This document shows positions 41,407 to 50,366 of a stretch of 64,000 nucleotides of DNA, one piece after another. This DNA comes from Pseudomonadota bacterium. Lineage in GTDB: Bacteria; Bdellovibrionota; Bdellovibrionia; Bdellovibrionales; Bdellovibrionaceae. The notes below the pieces were generated by a model. The model worked only from the letters and a program-made list of their open reading frames with translations. It was not told where the DNA came from and made no database searches. The translations under genes were made by a program, and so were the position numbers. Each line of letters opens with the position of its first letter. Within the stretch, counting starts at the first letter, position 1. Location: the NCBI GenBank assembly GCA_041178425.1, contig JBEGVH010000010.1, positions 96,001 to 160,000 of the forward strand. The letters run 5' to 3'.

Positions 41407-41422
41407 TACAAGGTCTGTGCCA
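41407..41422 (-). promoter_or_regulatory. Sigma54-like promoter (imperfect -12)
   Basis: TGGCACAGACCTTGTA upstream of the 41326 gene. Confidence 0.45.
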
Positions 41423-41641
41423 TAATATCCCCCCATCATCCTCTGCCTAAGTTCATTTCATTCGATTTGACGACCTCTAAGTCCAAAATAGACCGCCAAT
41501 TTCGTCTCTGTCTTAAACTTACTCAGTTTAGTGAGCCTCTTGAGCTTGGAGGGGATACATAAGCCAGACAGTATCTTTTGGTTTGCCTATTCAACCCGGC
41601 AACCAGTAGCCTTAAAGAAGTTCGAGAAAGGAGTTCTCATT

Positions 41642-42613
41642 ATGTCGACGAAACCTAAACTCAGTGATTTTGAAGTCATCGATTTTCACCTCCATGTTTA
41701 CCCACGGTTACCTTGGCCAACGAGTGTTAACCCCCTGAGACAACAAATCAATCAATGGCTAAAACCAGTCTCCCGAGTACAACAACAAGCTCAAACACTT
41801 TTGCGCCTTATGCCTAAAAAATTGCGACCAATCGCCGATGAACTTGGCATACCCATGATTATTCCTCATCTTTTAGTAGAGTCAGATGTTTTTGACCTTG
41901 AGAACGAAATGCACCGAGAACGAGTTTCGAAGGCCATTGTGGTTCCACATCCCCCACTCATTAGTAATGATTTTGTTCTTTATGAATCAAAGCGCATTGG
42001 GGGCCTCATTCCTGCGGCATTTATTGATCCTGCAACGATGAAATCAGGGTCTGATCTACAGGCTTTTTATAATCGCGGCGTGCGCATTTTTAAGATCAAC
42101 CCTCTCCAATCAGGAGTTCCCACCGAGGCTCCTTTTTATAAGGAATTCCTCTCATTTTTAAATTCAAAAAAAGCTATTTTACTTCTCCACACCGGGGCTA
42201 TTGGATCACACCTCTTTAAATTACCTAAAGCTGGTGACATAAAAGAATATGAGTCGTGGTTTCAGAACTACCCCGATATTAAATTTGTTGCGGCTCACAT
42301 GAACTTCCACGAGCCCAAAACAGCTATTCGTATGGCCCAAAAATACAATAATCTTTATTTACTCACTTCGTGGCAACCGGCTAGTGTTCTTAAGCAAGCC
42401 ATTCGCGCCGTAGGCGTCGAAAAGATCTTATTTGCTTCAGACTGGCCTCTTCTTGGAGAAAACATCCGCATTCAAAAAGAACGCCTATGGTCTCTTTTTG
42501 AAAAGGGTGATCTCAATGAAGAGGACCTGACGGCCATTTTCTCTGGCAATGCCAAAACCCTTTTGGCTGAACCTACGGAAAAGGTCTCCCCTTCAACCGA
42601 GGCCAATCCCTAA
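41642..42613 (+). CDS. Amidohydrolase_2 family metal-dependent hydrolase
   Basis: IDFHLH, LHTG, AAHM, LFASDWP, GNA; SD AAAGGAG. Confidence 0.85.
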   Translation: MSTKPKLSDFEVIDFHLHVYPRLPWPTSVNPLRQQINQWLKPVSRVQQQAQTLLRLMPKKLRPIADELGIPMIIPHLLVESDVFDLENEMHRERVSKAIVVPHPPLISNDFVLYESKRIGGLIPAAFIDPATMKSGSDLQAFYNRGVRIFKINPLQSGVPTEAPFYKEFLSFLNSKKAILLLHTGAIGSHLFKLPKAGDIKEYESWFQNYPDIKFVAAHMNFHEPKTAIRMAQKYNNLYLLTSWQPASVLKQAIRAVGVEKILFASDWPLLGENIRIQKERLWSLFEKGDLNEEDLTAIFSGNAKTLLAEPTEKVSPSTEANP

Positions 42614-42677
42614 AACACTTACCTTTGCCTCCCAAATTCTGATTGTACTCGGTGTCGAGATGTTATAGACCCGTGAA

Positions 42678-42775
42678 TGGCCGGGTCCCACACAATGGCG
42701 CTCGCATCGAACTCCGCTAGGTCCGGAAGGAAGCAACGGCATTTGCGGGCTCATGTGCTGTGGATCGCCCGGCCA
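42678..42775 (+). ncRNA. ffs: Signal recognition particle RNA (4.5S)
   Basis: Conserved AGGTCCGGAAGGAAGCA helix-8 loop, terminal pairing TGGCCGGG/CCCGGCCA, U-tract after, directly upstream of dnaX. Confidence 0.93.
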
Positions 42776-42801
42776 CTTGTTTTTTTTGAGAGGTATAGCT
42801 A

Positions 42802-44499
42802 TTGTCTTACCAGGTCATTGCCCGCAAGTGGCGCCCTCAATCTTTTTCTGAACTCGTTGGACAAGAGCACGTTTCCCAAACCTTGGTTAACGCTCTTAGG
42901 GCCCAACGAATGCCTCATGCTATTCTCTTTACCGGTCCACGAGGAACAGGCAAAACATCTTCTGCCCGTATTTTAGCCAAAAGCCTTTGTTGTTCAAAAG
43001 CCCAAGATTTTGTTCCATGCCATGGATGCCCGGATTGCTTAGATATTACTCAGGGTCGCCACGTCGATGTGATTGAGATCGATGGCGCCAGTAATAATGG
43101 TGTTGATGCTATTCGTGAACTTCGCGAAACCGTTGGCTATATGCCCTCTTCAGGTAAGTACAAGGTTTATATCATCGATGAAGTTCATATGCTTTCGACG
43201 AGTGCCTTCAACGCCCTTCTCAAAACGCTCGAAGAACCACCCGCTCATGTGGTCTTTATAATGGCGACCACCGAAGCCCATAAGATTCCTCAAACGATTC
43301 TTTCTCGTTGCCAACGCTTTGATTTTCGCCGAATTGCTACTCGAAAAATTACCGAGCATTTAAAAAAAATCTGTGAAACCGAGGGGTTGCCTTACGAGAT
43401 GGAAGCGCTTTGGCTCATCGCCCGCCAGGGTGATGGATCCATGCGTGATAGCCAGAGCCTACTTGAGCAGGTCATCACCTTCACCAATCGCGATATCAAA
43501 TACCAAAAGGTTGTCGAAACTCTAGGACTAACAGATCGCCACCTTGTCCTTGATACCTTACACGCCATTCTCGAGCGTAACCCTCAAAAAGTTCTCAGCA
43601 TTCTTGAACGATTTCACCAGACTGCTGCAGAACCTCATTTGTTCGCCCAAGAACTTATGGAAGTTCTCAGGCATTTAACCATCGTAAAAGTGGCTGGCCC
43701 TGCGAGCCAATTGATTGTGGATCTTCAAGACTCAGAGGTGGAGACCCTCTCACAGTGGGCTGAATCCTTGAGCGAAGAAGATCTACATCTACTCTTTGAT
43801 TTGGCCCTTAAGGGCGTTCAGGATATTCTCAAGGCTTTTGATGCCCGACTTGTATTGGAAATGGTTCTCTTAAGACTGGCATCGGCACCTAAAATTGAAT
43901 CCTTAGCAAAAATCCTGCATTCTCTCAAAACGATGGGAAATATTCCAACAGCTCCCACGGTGGCCTCGGCCCCCTTAGCAACAATTGCTACCACTTCACA
44001 AAACTCTGTATTGACTCAGGGCGGCGGAAACTCAGATCGATCAATAAGCCTCAACTCGCCCTTAAAAAATCTCTCTGGTCAGAAGGTCGACACAAATCTT
44101 TCCATTAACGATCAGTGGTTAAATTTTGTTGGACTGGTAAAGAAGGTTGATGGCCTGTTCGGTGCAAAACTTGAGAGCATTCTCTTTATGGGGCTTAACG
44201 ATAAAAAAATCACCCTTGGCATTCTCGATAAAATGCAATTTCTCAAACAACAGTTAACAGCCCCTCAAACTGCTAAACGGTTACAATCCTACGTTGATCA
44301 ATTCTGGGGACAAGGCTATGCTTTTGATATTCAAACCGTTAAAGACAAAAGTGCCGGTTTTTCAGCCCAGGCTTTGACGGAACAGAAAGAACAACAACAA
44401 AAGGATCAGCTCGATCAACAGATCCAGTCGCATCCTTTAGTAAAAACGGCTCAAGCTATTTTTAAGAGCCAAATTAAATCAGTTAAGGAGCTCCCATGA
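42802..44499 (+). CDS. dnaX: DNA polymerase III subunit gamma/tau
   Basis: ARKWRPQ, GPRGTGKTS, EIDGASN, IIDEVHML, SRC; TTG start after GAGAGG. Confidence 0.97.
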   Translation: MSYQVIARKWRPQSFSELVGQEHVSQTLVNALRAQRMPHAILFTGPRGTGKTSSARILAKSLCCSKAQDFVPCHGCPDCLDITQGRHVDVIEIDGASNNGVDAIRELRETVGYMPSSGKYKVYIIDEVHMLSTSAFNALLKTLEEPPAHVVFIMATTEAHKIPQTILSRCQRFDFRRIATRKITEHLKKICETEGLPYEMEALWLIARQGDGSMRDSQSLLEQVITFTNRDIKYQKVVETLGLTDRHLVLDTLHAILERNPQKVLSILERFHQTAAEPHLFAQELMEVLRHLTIVKVAGPASQLIVDLQDSEVETLSQWAESLSEEDLHLLFDLALKGVQDILKAFDARLVLEMVLLRLASAPKIESLAKILHSLKTMGNIPTAPTVASAPLATIATTSQNSVLTQGGGNSDRSISLNSPLKNLSGQKVDTNLSINDQWLNFVGLVKKVDGLFGAKLESILFMGLNDKKITLGILDKMQFLKQQLTAPQTAKRLQSYVDQFWGQGYAFDIQTVKDKSAGFSAQALTEQKEQQQKDQLDQQIQSHPLVKTAQAIFKSQIKSVKELP

Positions 44500-44819
44500 A
44501 AGGTCTTCCAGGCGGAATGCACGCCCTCATGAAACAAGCGAACCAAATGCAATCTCGCATGAAGAAACTCCAAGAGGAATTGGCCGTCAGAGAGTTTGAG
44601 GGAACTTCAGGTGGCGGCGCGGTCACCGTAAAAGTGAACGGCGACCACAAGCTTTTGGCCGTCAAAATTAATCCCGATGTTATGCAAGCGGGTGATGTAG
44701 AAATGCTCCAAGATCTCATCCTTACGGCAACAAACGACGCTATCAAGCTCGCAAAAGACACTAGCCAAAAAGAGATGGAAAAAATCACTGGTGGCCTTAG
44801 CTTGCCAGGTCTTTTTTAA
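44496..44819 (+). CDS. ybaB: YbaB/EbfC nucleoid-associated protein
   Basis: MKQANQMQ, SGGGAV, DVEMLQDLI; canonical dnaX-ybaB-recR order. Confidence 0.94.
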   Translation: MKGLPGGMHALMKQANQMQSRMKKLQEELAVREFEGTSGGGAVTVKVNGDHKLLAVKINPDVMQAGDVEMLQDLILTATNDAIKLAKDTSQKEMEKITGGLSLPGLF

Positions 44820-44844
44820 CTAAATGATGTTGGTTTAATCCGTT

Positions 44845-45456
44845 ATGTTAAAAATTGATGCCCTTGATAGGCTCATTCAAGAACTAACGCGGTTACCGGG
44901 AATTGGGCCTAAAACGGCCCAACGTCTAGCTTATTTTATTCTCAAGTCTCCCAATGATTTTAGTCAACGCCTCAGCTCAGCCATTGCTGAGCTGAGCCTC
45001 AATGTTAAGATGTGTGGGCTCTGCTTTAACTTTACAGACCGCGATCATTGCTATTACTGCCTCGATCATCACCGTAACGAAGATAGTCTTTGTGTCGTTG
45101 AAGAACCCTCCGACATCGCAACCATTGAAAAGTCACAAGCCTTTCGTGGGCGCTATCATGTTTTGCATGGAACCATTTCTCCCCTCGATGGAATCGGACC
45201 CGATCAACTCAAAATTAAAGAGCTTATCCGCCGTATTGAGGGCAAAGAGGATTCTCCTCATCCCATCCGTGAAGTGATCTTTGCTCTTGATCCAGATCTT
45301 GAGGGCGATACGACGGTTTTGTACATAAGTCGCCTCCTGCAAGGGAAGGGAATCAAATTGAGCCGCATTGCGCAGGGCATCCCTATTGGCAGCGACATCG
45401 ATTATATAGATGATAGAACTATAAGTAGAGCGTTGCTCAATCGAACAGAAGTTTAA
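44845..45456 (+). CDS. recR: Recombination protein RecR
   Basis: LPGIGPKTAQRL, C4 Zn finger, CVVE, YHVLHG, EGDTT. Confidence 0.96.
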   Translation: MLKIDALDRLIQELTRLPGIGPKTAQRLAYFILKSPNDFSQRLSSAIAELSLNVKMCGLCFNFTDRDHCYYCLDHHRNEDSLCVVEEPSDIATIEKSQAFRGRYHVLHGTISPLDGIGPDQLKIKELIRRIEGKEDSPHPIREVIFALDPDLEGDTTVLYISRLLQGKGIKLSRIAQGIPIGSDIDYIDDRTISRALLNRTEV

Positions 45457-45513
45457 GCAACACTTACCCAAAGGGAGTAGAAAACACTCCTTTGCCTAAG
45501 GAAGGGAAGGGTT

Positions 45514-46110
45514 ATGTCATTTGTAAATTCAAATGCGAAGGAAGTTCACTGTAAAATCGTCTATTACGGGCCTTCGCTCGGTGGAAAAACCACAAATATT
45601 CAGTGGGTTTACCAGCAAACCACCAACGAAAATAAATCAAAAATGAAATCCCTAGACCAAGAAGTCGAACGTACTCTCTTTTTTGATTTTCTACCGCTCA
45701 ATCTCGGAGAAATTCGTGGGTATAAAACTCGCTTCCATCTTTATACCGTTCCTGGGCAAATTGTTTACGATGCCTCTCGAAAATTGATTCTCAAAGGGCT
45801 CGATGGCGTCATCTTTGTTGCGGACTCTCAGGAGGAACGGATGGAAGAAAACATTCATGCCTTAAAAAACCTAGAGCGCAATCTAGAGCAACAGGGATAT
45901 GACATTCGCCAGATTCCCCTGGTCATTCAGTACAACAAAAGAGATTTGCCAAACGCGATGAAACTTCAAGAGATGCGTTCCACCTTAAACACCTACAATG
46001 CTCCCGACTTTGAAGCGGTGGCCAACGAGGGCAAGGGTGTATTCGAGTCTCTTAAAACCGTTTCAAAATCAATTATTGGCGTTCTTAAGGGCGGCGAGCT
46101 AACTCTATAG
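45514..46110 (+). CDS. mglA: Ras-like GTPase MglA
   Basis: KIVYYGPSLGGKTTN, ERTLFFDFLPL, YTVPGQ, QYNKRD. Confidence 0.95.
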   Translation: MSFVNSNAKEVHCKIVYYGPSLGGKTTNIQWVYQQTTNENKSKMKSLDQEVERTLFFDFLPLNLGEIRGYKTRFHLYTVPGQIVYDASRKLILKGLDGVIFVADSQEERMEENIHALKNLERNLEQQGYDIRQIPLVIQYNKRDLPNAMKLQEMRSTLNTYNAPDFEAVANEGKGVFESLKTVSKSIIGVLKGGELTL

Positions 46111-46207
46111 GGCTCACTGCAACCTGTCTCAAGTAAACCTAATTTGCTGGCTCGATTAGAAGTTCGACAGCAAAAGGTACTATTAAACAAATAAAGCTTG
46201 CCTCTGC

Positions 46208-46223
46208 TGGCACCAAGTTCGCA
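46208..46223 (+). promoter_or_regulatory. Putative sigma54 promoter
   Basis: TGGCACCAAGTTCGCA (GG-N10-GC), followed by SD GGAGG and the HAD gene. Confidence 0.6.
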
Positions 46224-46254
46224 CTTCCGGGTGGCGTGACGGAGGACATCATCA

Positions 46255-46884
46255 ATGATGAGGCCAAATTCAAAAAAAGTTTTTGATAGCAAAGTAATCA
46301 AAGACTTTGATGCTCTCCTTTTTGACATGGACGGGACCCTTATTGACTCCATGCCCGCGCACAATCGGGCGTGGCAAATGGCTCTTGCGGAATTTGGCGT
46401 CACTGTCAGTAATGATGAACTTCTGGAACTGGCGGGGACCCCCAACAAGAGAACGGCAGAAATATTCATTGATCGGTACTCTATTCTATCAACGGCAGAA
46501 ACGATAGTTCGCGCCAAAGAAGAACTTTTTGAACGCGCCATCAATAACATCGACCTGATCCAGAGTGTGGCCACCATCGCTCAATCCTTTTTTAACCAAA
46601 AGGCTTTAGGTCTTGTCTCTGGAAGCGATCGCCAAAGCATCCATCGCAACTTGAGATTATTTCAATTGGAGCATCTCTTTAGTTGCATTGTCTCTAGTGG
46701 AGACACGGTGCTTGGCAAACCCTCTCCCGACCCCTACCTACTCGCAGCCCAATTATTAAAGGTTGAACCCCATCGTTGCCTCGTATTCGAAGATGGTCAC
46801 GCCGGTATTCTGTCGGCTAAACAAGCCGGAATGAACGTTATTTTGATTGAAAATGGACTCTTGTACCATTGGGAGAGCAAGTGA
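46255..46884 (+). CDS. HAD IA family phosphatase (YqaB/beta-PGM-like)
   Basis: FDMDGTLIDS, GKPSPDPY, FEDGHAG. Confidence 0.9.
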   Translation: MMRPNSKKVFDSKVIKDFDALLFDMDGTLIDSMPAHNRAWQMALAEFGVTVSNDELLELAGTPNKRTAEIFIDRYSILSTAETIVRAKEELFERAINNIDLIQSVATIAQSFFNQKALGLVSGSDRQSIHRNLRLFQLEHLFSCIVSSGDTVLGKPSPDPYLLAAQLLKVEPHRCLVFEDGHAGILSAKQAGMNVILIENGLLYHWESK

Positions 46885-47996
46885 GACATCAATTCGGAAT
46901 TCTCCTATTCACGTTCATCATTAGCTCCGCGGCCCAAGCGAATCTCGATCTCTGTCGGGCGATCCTCAGCAGTGATCAATCGACCTCTCAATCGCTTTTT
47001 ATGGAACGAGCAACTTTTGGACCAGAGTTCACCTTTACGAATAGACGGCTCCTTAATGAGGAAGATGGAAAAAACTCTCCAGAAAAGGAAAAGATATTCA
47101 GCAAGGCAAGAGAGTTATATGAACAAATGTGCAAAGTTCGCAAAGACTGTAAGATCACTATCGGATACGACAAACATGGTGGAAACTTCAGAGTCACGTA
47201 TAATGATGGCTGGTACTTCGAGGTCGGGATAGATCAAGGAGTCATTGAGGCCCAAACGGTTAAGGGCACTTATCGTGATTTTCTAAAAAACAGAGTTCGC
47301 CTAAAAGACGATCTTTTTTATTTTATGAAATCGCTAGGACTCTTCCCTGATGCTGAGGTGGGCGGCGGCCACATTCACATTGGTGCTGATCTTTTTCATG
47401 AGGATCCAGTGCTTTTTAGAAACTTCTTCGCAGATTATGCTAATCATCCACAACTCACTGTTGGCGTTTTTAGTAACGACAACCCCAATCACCCTCCAAT
47501 CATTTTTCTAAAGCCCGAACAGCAAGAGGGATTTGTAAAAGCTCTTAAGACTTTCGATGCTGAAGAAAACCCTACATTGAAGAATTTTATTTGGAATATC
47601 CATAGCCTTGTTTACACGGAAGCCTACACCCCTGAATGGGGCGGCGGCGCCTATTACCAAGCCATTCGCTTAGAGAGAATGTTTTGGATCAATGGAATGA
47701 ATACCTTTGAGCTTCGAGGCTTTCGCCCACAAAAGTCGGTCGATGAGTTTTTGCTCCAGCTTGAGCTCATCGGTGCGCGAATGGATTATTTAAAAAAGAA
47801 TGGCCAACGCGTTTCATTTAGATTTAACGAATCCGACGCTGATCTTCGCCCTCAGGCCATCGTCGACAATTTCTACTCGTACGTCACTGAAACTGGCTTG
47901 AGTTGGAATAAATTTAAAGTTTTGCTTCCGAACCGATTAAAAACTCGGAAGCCATCAAAAACCAGGTTTGGTTTTATCTCAAATATATTCAAATAA
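46881..47996 (+). CDS. Secreted putative amidoligase (COOH-NH2 ligase fold)-like protein
   Basis: Signal peptide ending AQA; TFGPEFTF, VIEAQT, GGGHIHIG, TFELRGF resemble amidoligase motifs. Confidence 0.55.
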   Translation: MRHQFGILLFTFIISSAAQANLDLCRAILSSDQSTSQSLFMERATFGPEFTFTNRRLLNEEDGKNSPEKEKIFSKARELYEQMCKVRKDCKITIGYDKHGGNFRVTYNDGWYFEVGIDQGVIEAQTVKGTYRDFLKNRVRLKDDLFYFMKSLGLFPDAEVGGGHIHIGADLFHEDPVLFRNFFADYANHPQLTVGVFSNDNPNHPPIIFLKPEQQEGFVKALKTFDAEENPTLKNFIWNIHSLVYTEAYTPEWGGGAYYQAIRLERMFWINGMNTFELRGFRPQKSVDEFLLQLELIGARMDYLKKNGQRVSFRFNESDADLRPQAIVDNFYSYVTETGLSWNKFKVLLPNRLKTRKPSKTRFGFISNIFK

Positions 47997-48007
47997 AAAC
48001 TGTTTTT

Positions 48008-49789
48008 CTAACTCATCAGGCCCGCCACTACAAGAGCAGCGATCACAACACCCATAAGACTTTCGCCAGCGATAAATCCGGAGCTGACTGGAATTACACC
48101 TCTCTCAGCAAGCTCTGGTCTATTTTTTTCTAAGAAAAGCGTCAGTACCGCACCAATAAACATGGCGATCGTATTGTAACCAGGGCTCGTAAATCCCAAT
48201 CCGAAAGCGGCGGCAGAGGGAATCCACTTTTTTGCTTTTGGAAAATAGTGTTCAAGAAGAACAATACCGACCCCAACAAGAGCACCAACGAGAATCGCAA
48301 GCCGAGCCGTAGGATGAAGGGTTTCTATTCCCTTCGCCAAAAGCTCCGCGACACCTTTCCATGTTTGTGCGGCAGGAGCGGGCCATTGATCCGACCCAAG
48401 AACACTCGCATCTGGAATCAATAAGTGATAGGCGGGAACTACGAAAAAGGATCCAGCCACTACTCCAAAAAACTGAGCCCAAAATTGCTGCCGAGGATCG
48501 GCTTTCAGTAGATATCCACTTTTTAAATCAGTCAGTAGATCTGCCGAATGTAGAGCTACACCGCCCGTCGCGTTCGCCGTCATTAAATTAGTTGTTACAT
48601 TTCCAGGATCCAACACTCCGAACGTAATTTGAGTGATCTTACCTAAGGCACCAGTAGGGGTGGTATCTGTTTCCCCGGTCGCACGACAAGCAACAAGAGC
48701 AATAAAGAAACTCAGCACCACAGACAACAAGCCCATCCAAATCTTAATTCCAAAGTAATGCCATTCTAAGAAAACAACCATCGGGGCCACAACAACCATA
48801 CCCCAAAAAAACCAAGACATCGGAACTTCTTTGGCCATTTCTGGATCGACAGCCCCTCCCTCTTTATTAAAAGCATTACCAACACTTTTCATGGCACGAA
48901 GAACGGTTTTCCACTGGAGAGCAAAAGACAATAAACCACTCGTCAAAAGAAGAGCAGAACCAAACCAAACACTCCAACCAACAATATTTTTATAACCTAG
49001 TTTAGGACCAATAATCCCGTGCTCAAACAACCAGGGAGCGACAAACAAATAATTCACAACAGCACCCAACAACATGCTCCAGGCTGCTCTAAATCCCATG
49101 ATAGCCCCAGCTCCTAACATGATGACAGAGCCTTCCATTGAAATAGTGAAGTCCATGAGAGGGCGCCCAGCAATTGTAAGCGAAGGAAAAATAGCTATTT
49201 TTTCTGGAAGATTAAAAGGCATCCAAGATGCTTTTGCGTCTCTAAAAAAAGCCACAATAGCACCGATCGCTCCACTCCAAGTTAGTAGTTTTGCTTTTTC
49301 AGAACCGCTATTGGCGCCTTCTTCTCCGGTGGCATGGAGGGCCTTAAGAGTCTCTGCGGCAGCAACACCACTCGGAAACCTCAATTGCTCGATATTTATG
49401 AGCTGCTGTTTCATTGGAATCGCCATAATCACACCAAGAAACGCTATAGAACTGATCCAAAAAAACATCTGCATCATTCCCATGGTCTGACCAGTGATCA
49501 TCATAAGGGCCGGGATTGCAGCGATTGTTCCTCCTCCCGTCATATAACCAGCGGCGCTAGCCACCGATTGCATGGCATTATTTTCTAACATTCCAAAATG
49601 AGTTTTTACGAGTTTCAGACGAAATAGCACCGCAAATATGGCGTAAGCTAAAATGCCCGCCGTGATTGAAACACCAAGGCCCCAGCCCGTTTTTAATCCC
49701 ACATAGAGGTTCGATAAGCTCATGAACCCACCAAGACACATTCCGGCTATAACAGACCTTAGGGTCAGCTGTTTTTCTAATTGGCGCAC
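48008..49789 (-). CDS. OPT family oligopeptide transporter
   Basis: LTLRSV, NLYVGLKTGW, ENNAMQSVASA, DLKSGYL, SGFIAGESL. Confidence 0.92.
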   Translation of the reverse strand: MRQLEKQLTLRSVIAGMCLGGFMSLSNLYVGLKTGWGLGVSITAGILAYAIFAVLFRLKLVKTHFGMLENNAMQSVASAAGYMTGGGTIAAIPALMMITGQTMGMMQMFFWISSIAFLGVIMAIPMKQQLINIEQLRFPSGVAAAETLKALHATGEEGANSGSEKAKLLTWSGAIGAIVAFFRDAKASWMPFNLPEKIAIFPSLTIAGRPLMDFTISMEGSVIMLGAGAIMGFRAAWSMLLGAVVNYLFVAPWLFEHGIIGPKLGYKNIVGWSVWFGSALLLTSGLLSFALQWKTVLRAMKSVGNAFNKEGGAVDPEMAKEVPMSWFFWGMVVVAPMVVFLEWHYFGIKIWMGLLSVVLSFFIALVACRATGETDTTPTGALGKITQITFGVLDPGNVTTNLMTANATGGVALHSADLLTDLKSGYLLKADPRQQFWAQFFGVVAGSFFVVPAYHLLIPDASVLGSDQWPAPAAQTWKGVAELLAKGIETLHPTARLAILVGALVGVGIVLLEHYFPKAKKWIPSAAAFGLGFTSPGYNTIAMFIGAVLTLFLEKNRPELAERGVIPVSSGFIAGESLMGVVIAALVVAGLMS

Positions 49790-49871
49790 ATGAGCCTCCT
49801 TTTTTTGACAAAAAAATGGATAAGCAATATTTGCTACAGACTCAATAACAAAAAGGGTACAAAGTAAAAGA

Positions 49872-50243
49872 ATGAAAACAAAGATGCTGAGTTGGCTCTT
49901 TAATGGTCTTGGAGGTTTTTTTCTGCTCTTGGGAGTAGCTGGAATTTTTTTACCTCTCCTACCAACAACCCCTTTTTTGCTTCTATCAGGCTTTTTCTTT
50001 TCTAAGGGGTCTCCACGCTTTCATACCTGGCTCATGAATCACAAGCACCTTGGCCCCCCAATCCAGGATTGGAAACGGAAGGGTGTTATTCGCAAACCCA
50101 CCAAACTCCTCGCGTCGACAATGCTGCTTATCAGCGCACTTGTAATTTTACCTAAAGCCACAGTTCCCACGATCGGAAAAATTAGTTTTTCCTTTGTGGC
50201 CATTGGCGTCTTGGTCTTCATTTGGACTCGACCCTCAAAATAA
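49872..50243 (+). CDS. ybaN: YbaN/DUF454 inner membrane protein
   Basis: GIFLPLLPTTPFLLL...SPRFHTWL. Confidence 0.9.
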   Translation: MKTKMLSWLFNGLGGFFLLLGVAGIFLPLLPTTPFLLLSGFFFSKGSPRFHTWLMNHKHLGPPIQDWKRKGVIRKPTKLLASTMLLISALVILPKATVPTIGKISFSFVAIGVLVFIWTRPSK

Positions 50244-50366
50244 CAATAACGAAAGCAGTTCCCGCGTAGACCAAAGTGGAGGCAAGCTCGAAGGCTCACT
50301 CTTCCCTTAAGACCAAATACCCTTTTTTGCTTTGATAGCTTATTTAACGGTCGTTATTCTTAAATC

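Noticed and set aside
42677..42976. 99-aa ORF upstream of dnaX
   Set aside because: It overlaps the SRP RNA and the dnaX start; spurious
43362..43369. A8 run in dnaX as a gamma/tau slippage site
   Set aside because: It lies at about codon 188 inside the AAA core, far from the domain III/IV boundary
45993..46577. 194-aa minus-strand ORF
   Set aside because: Antisense to mglA and the HAD gene; no motifs
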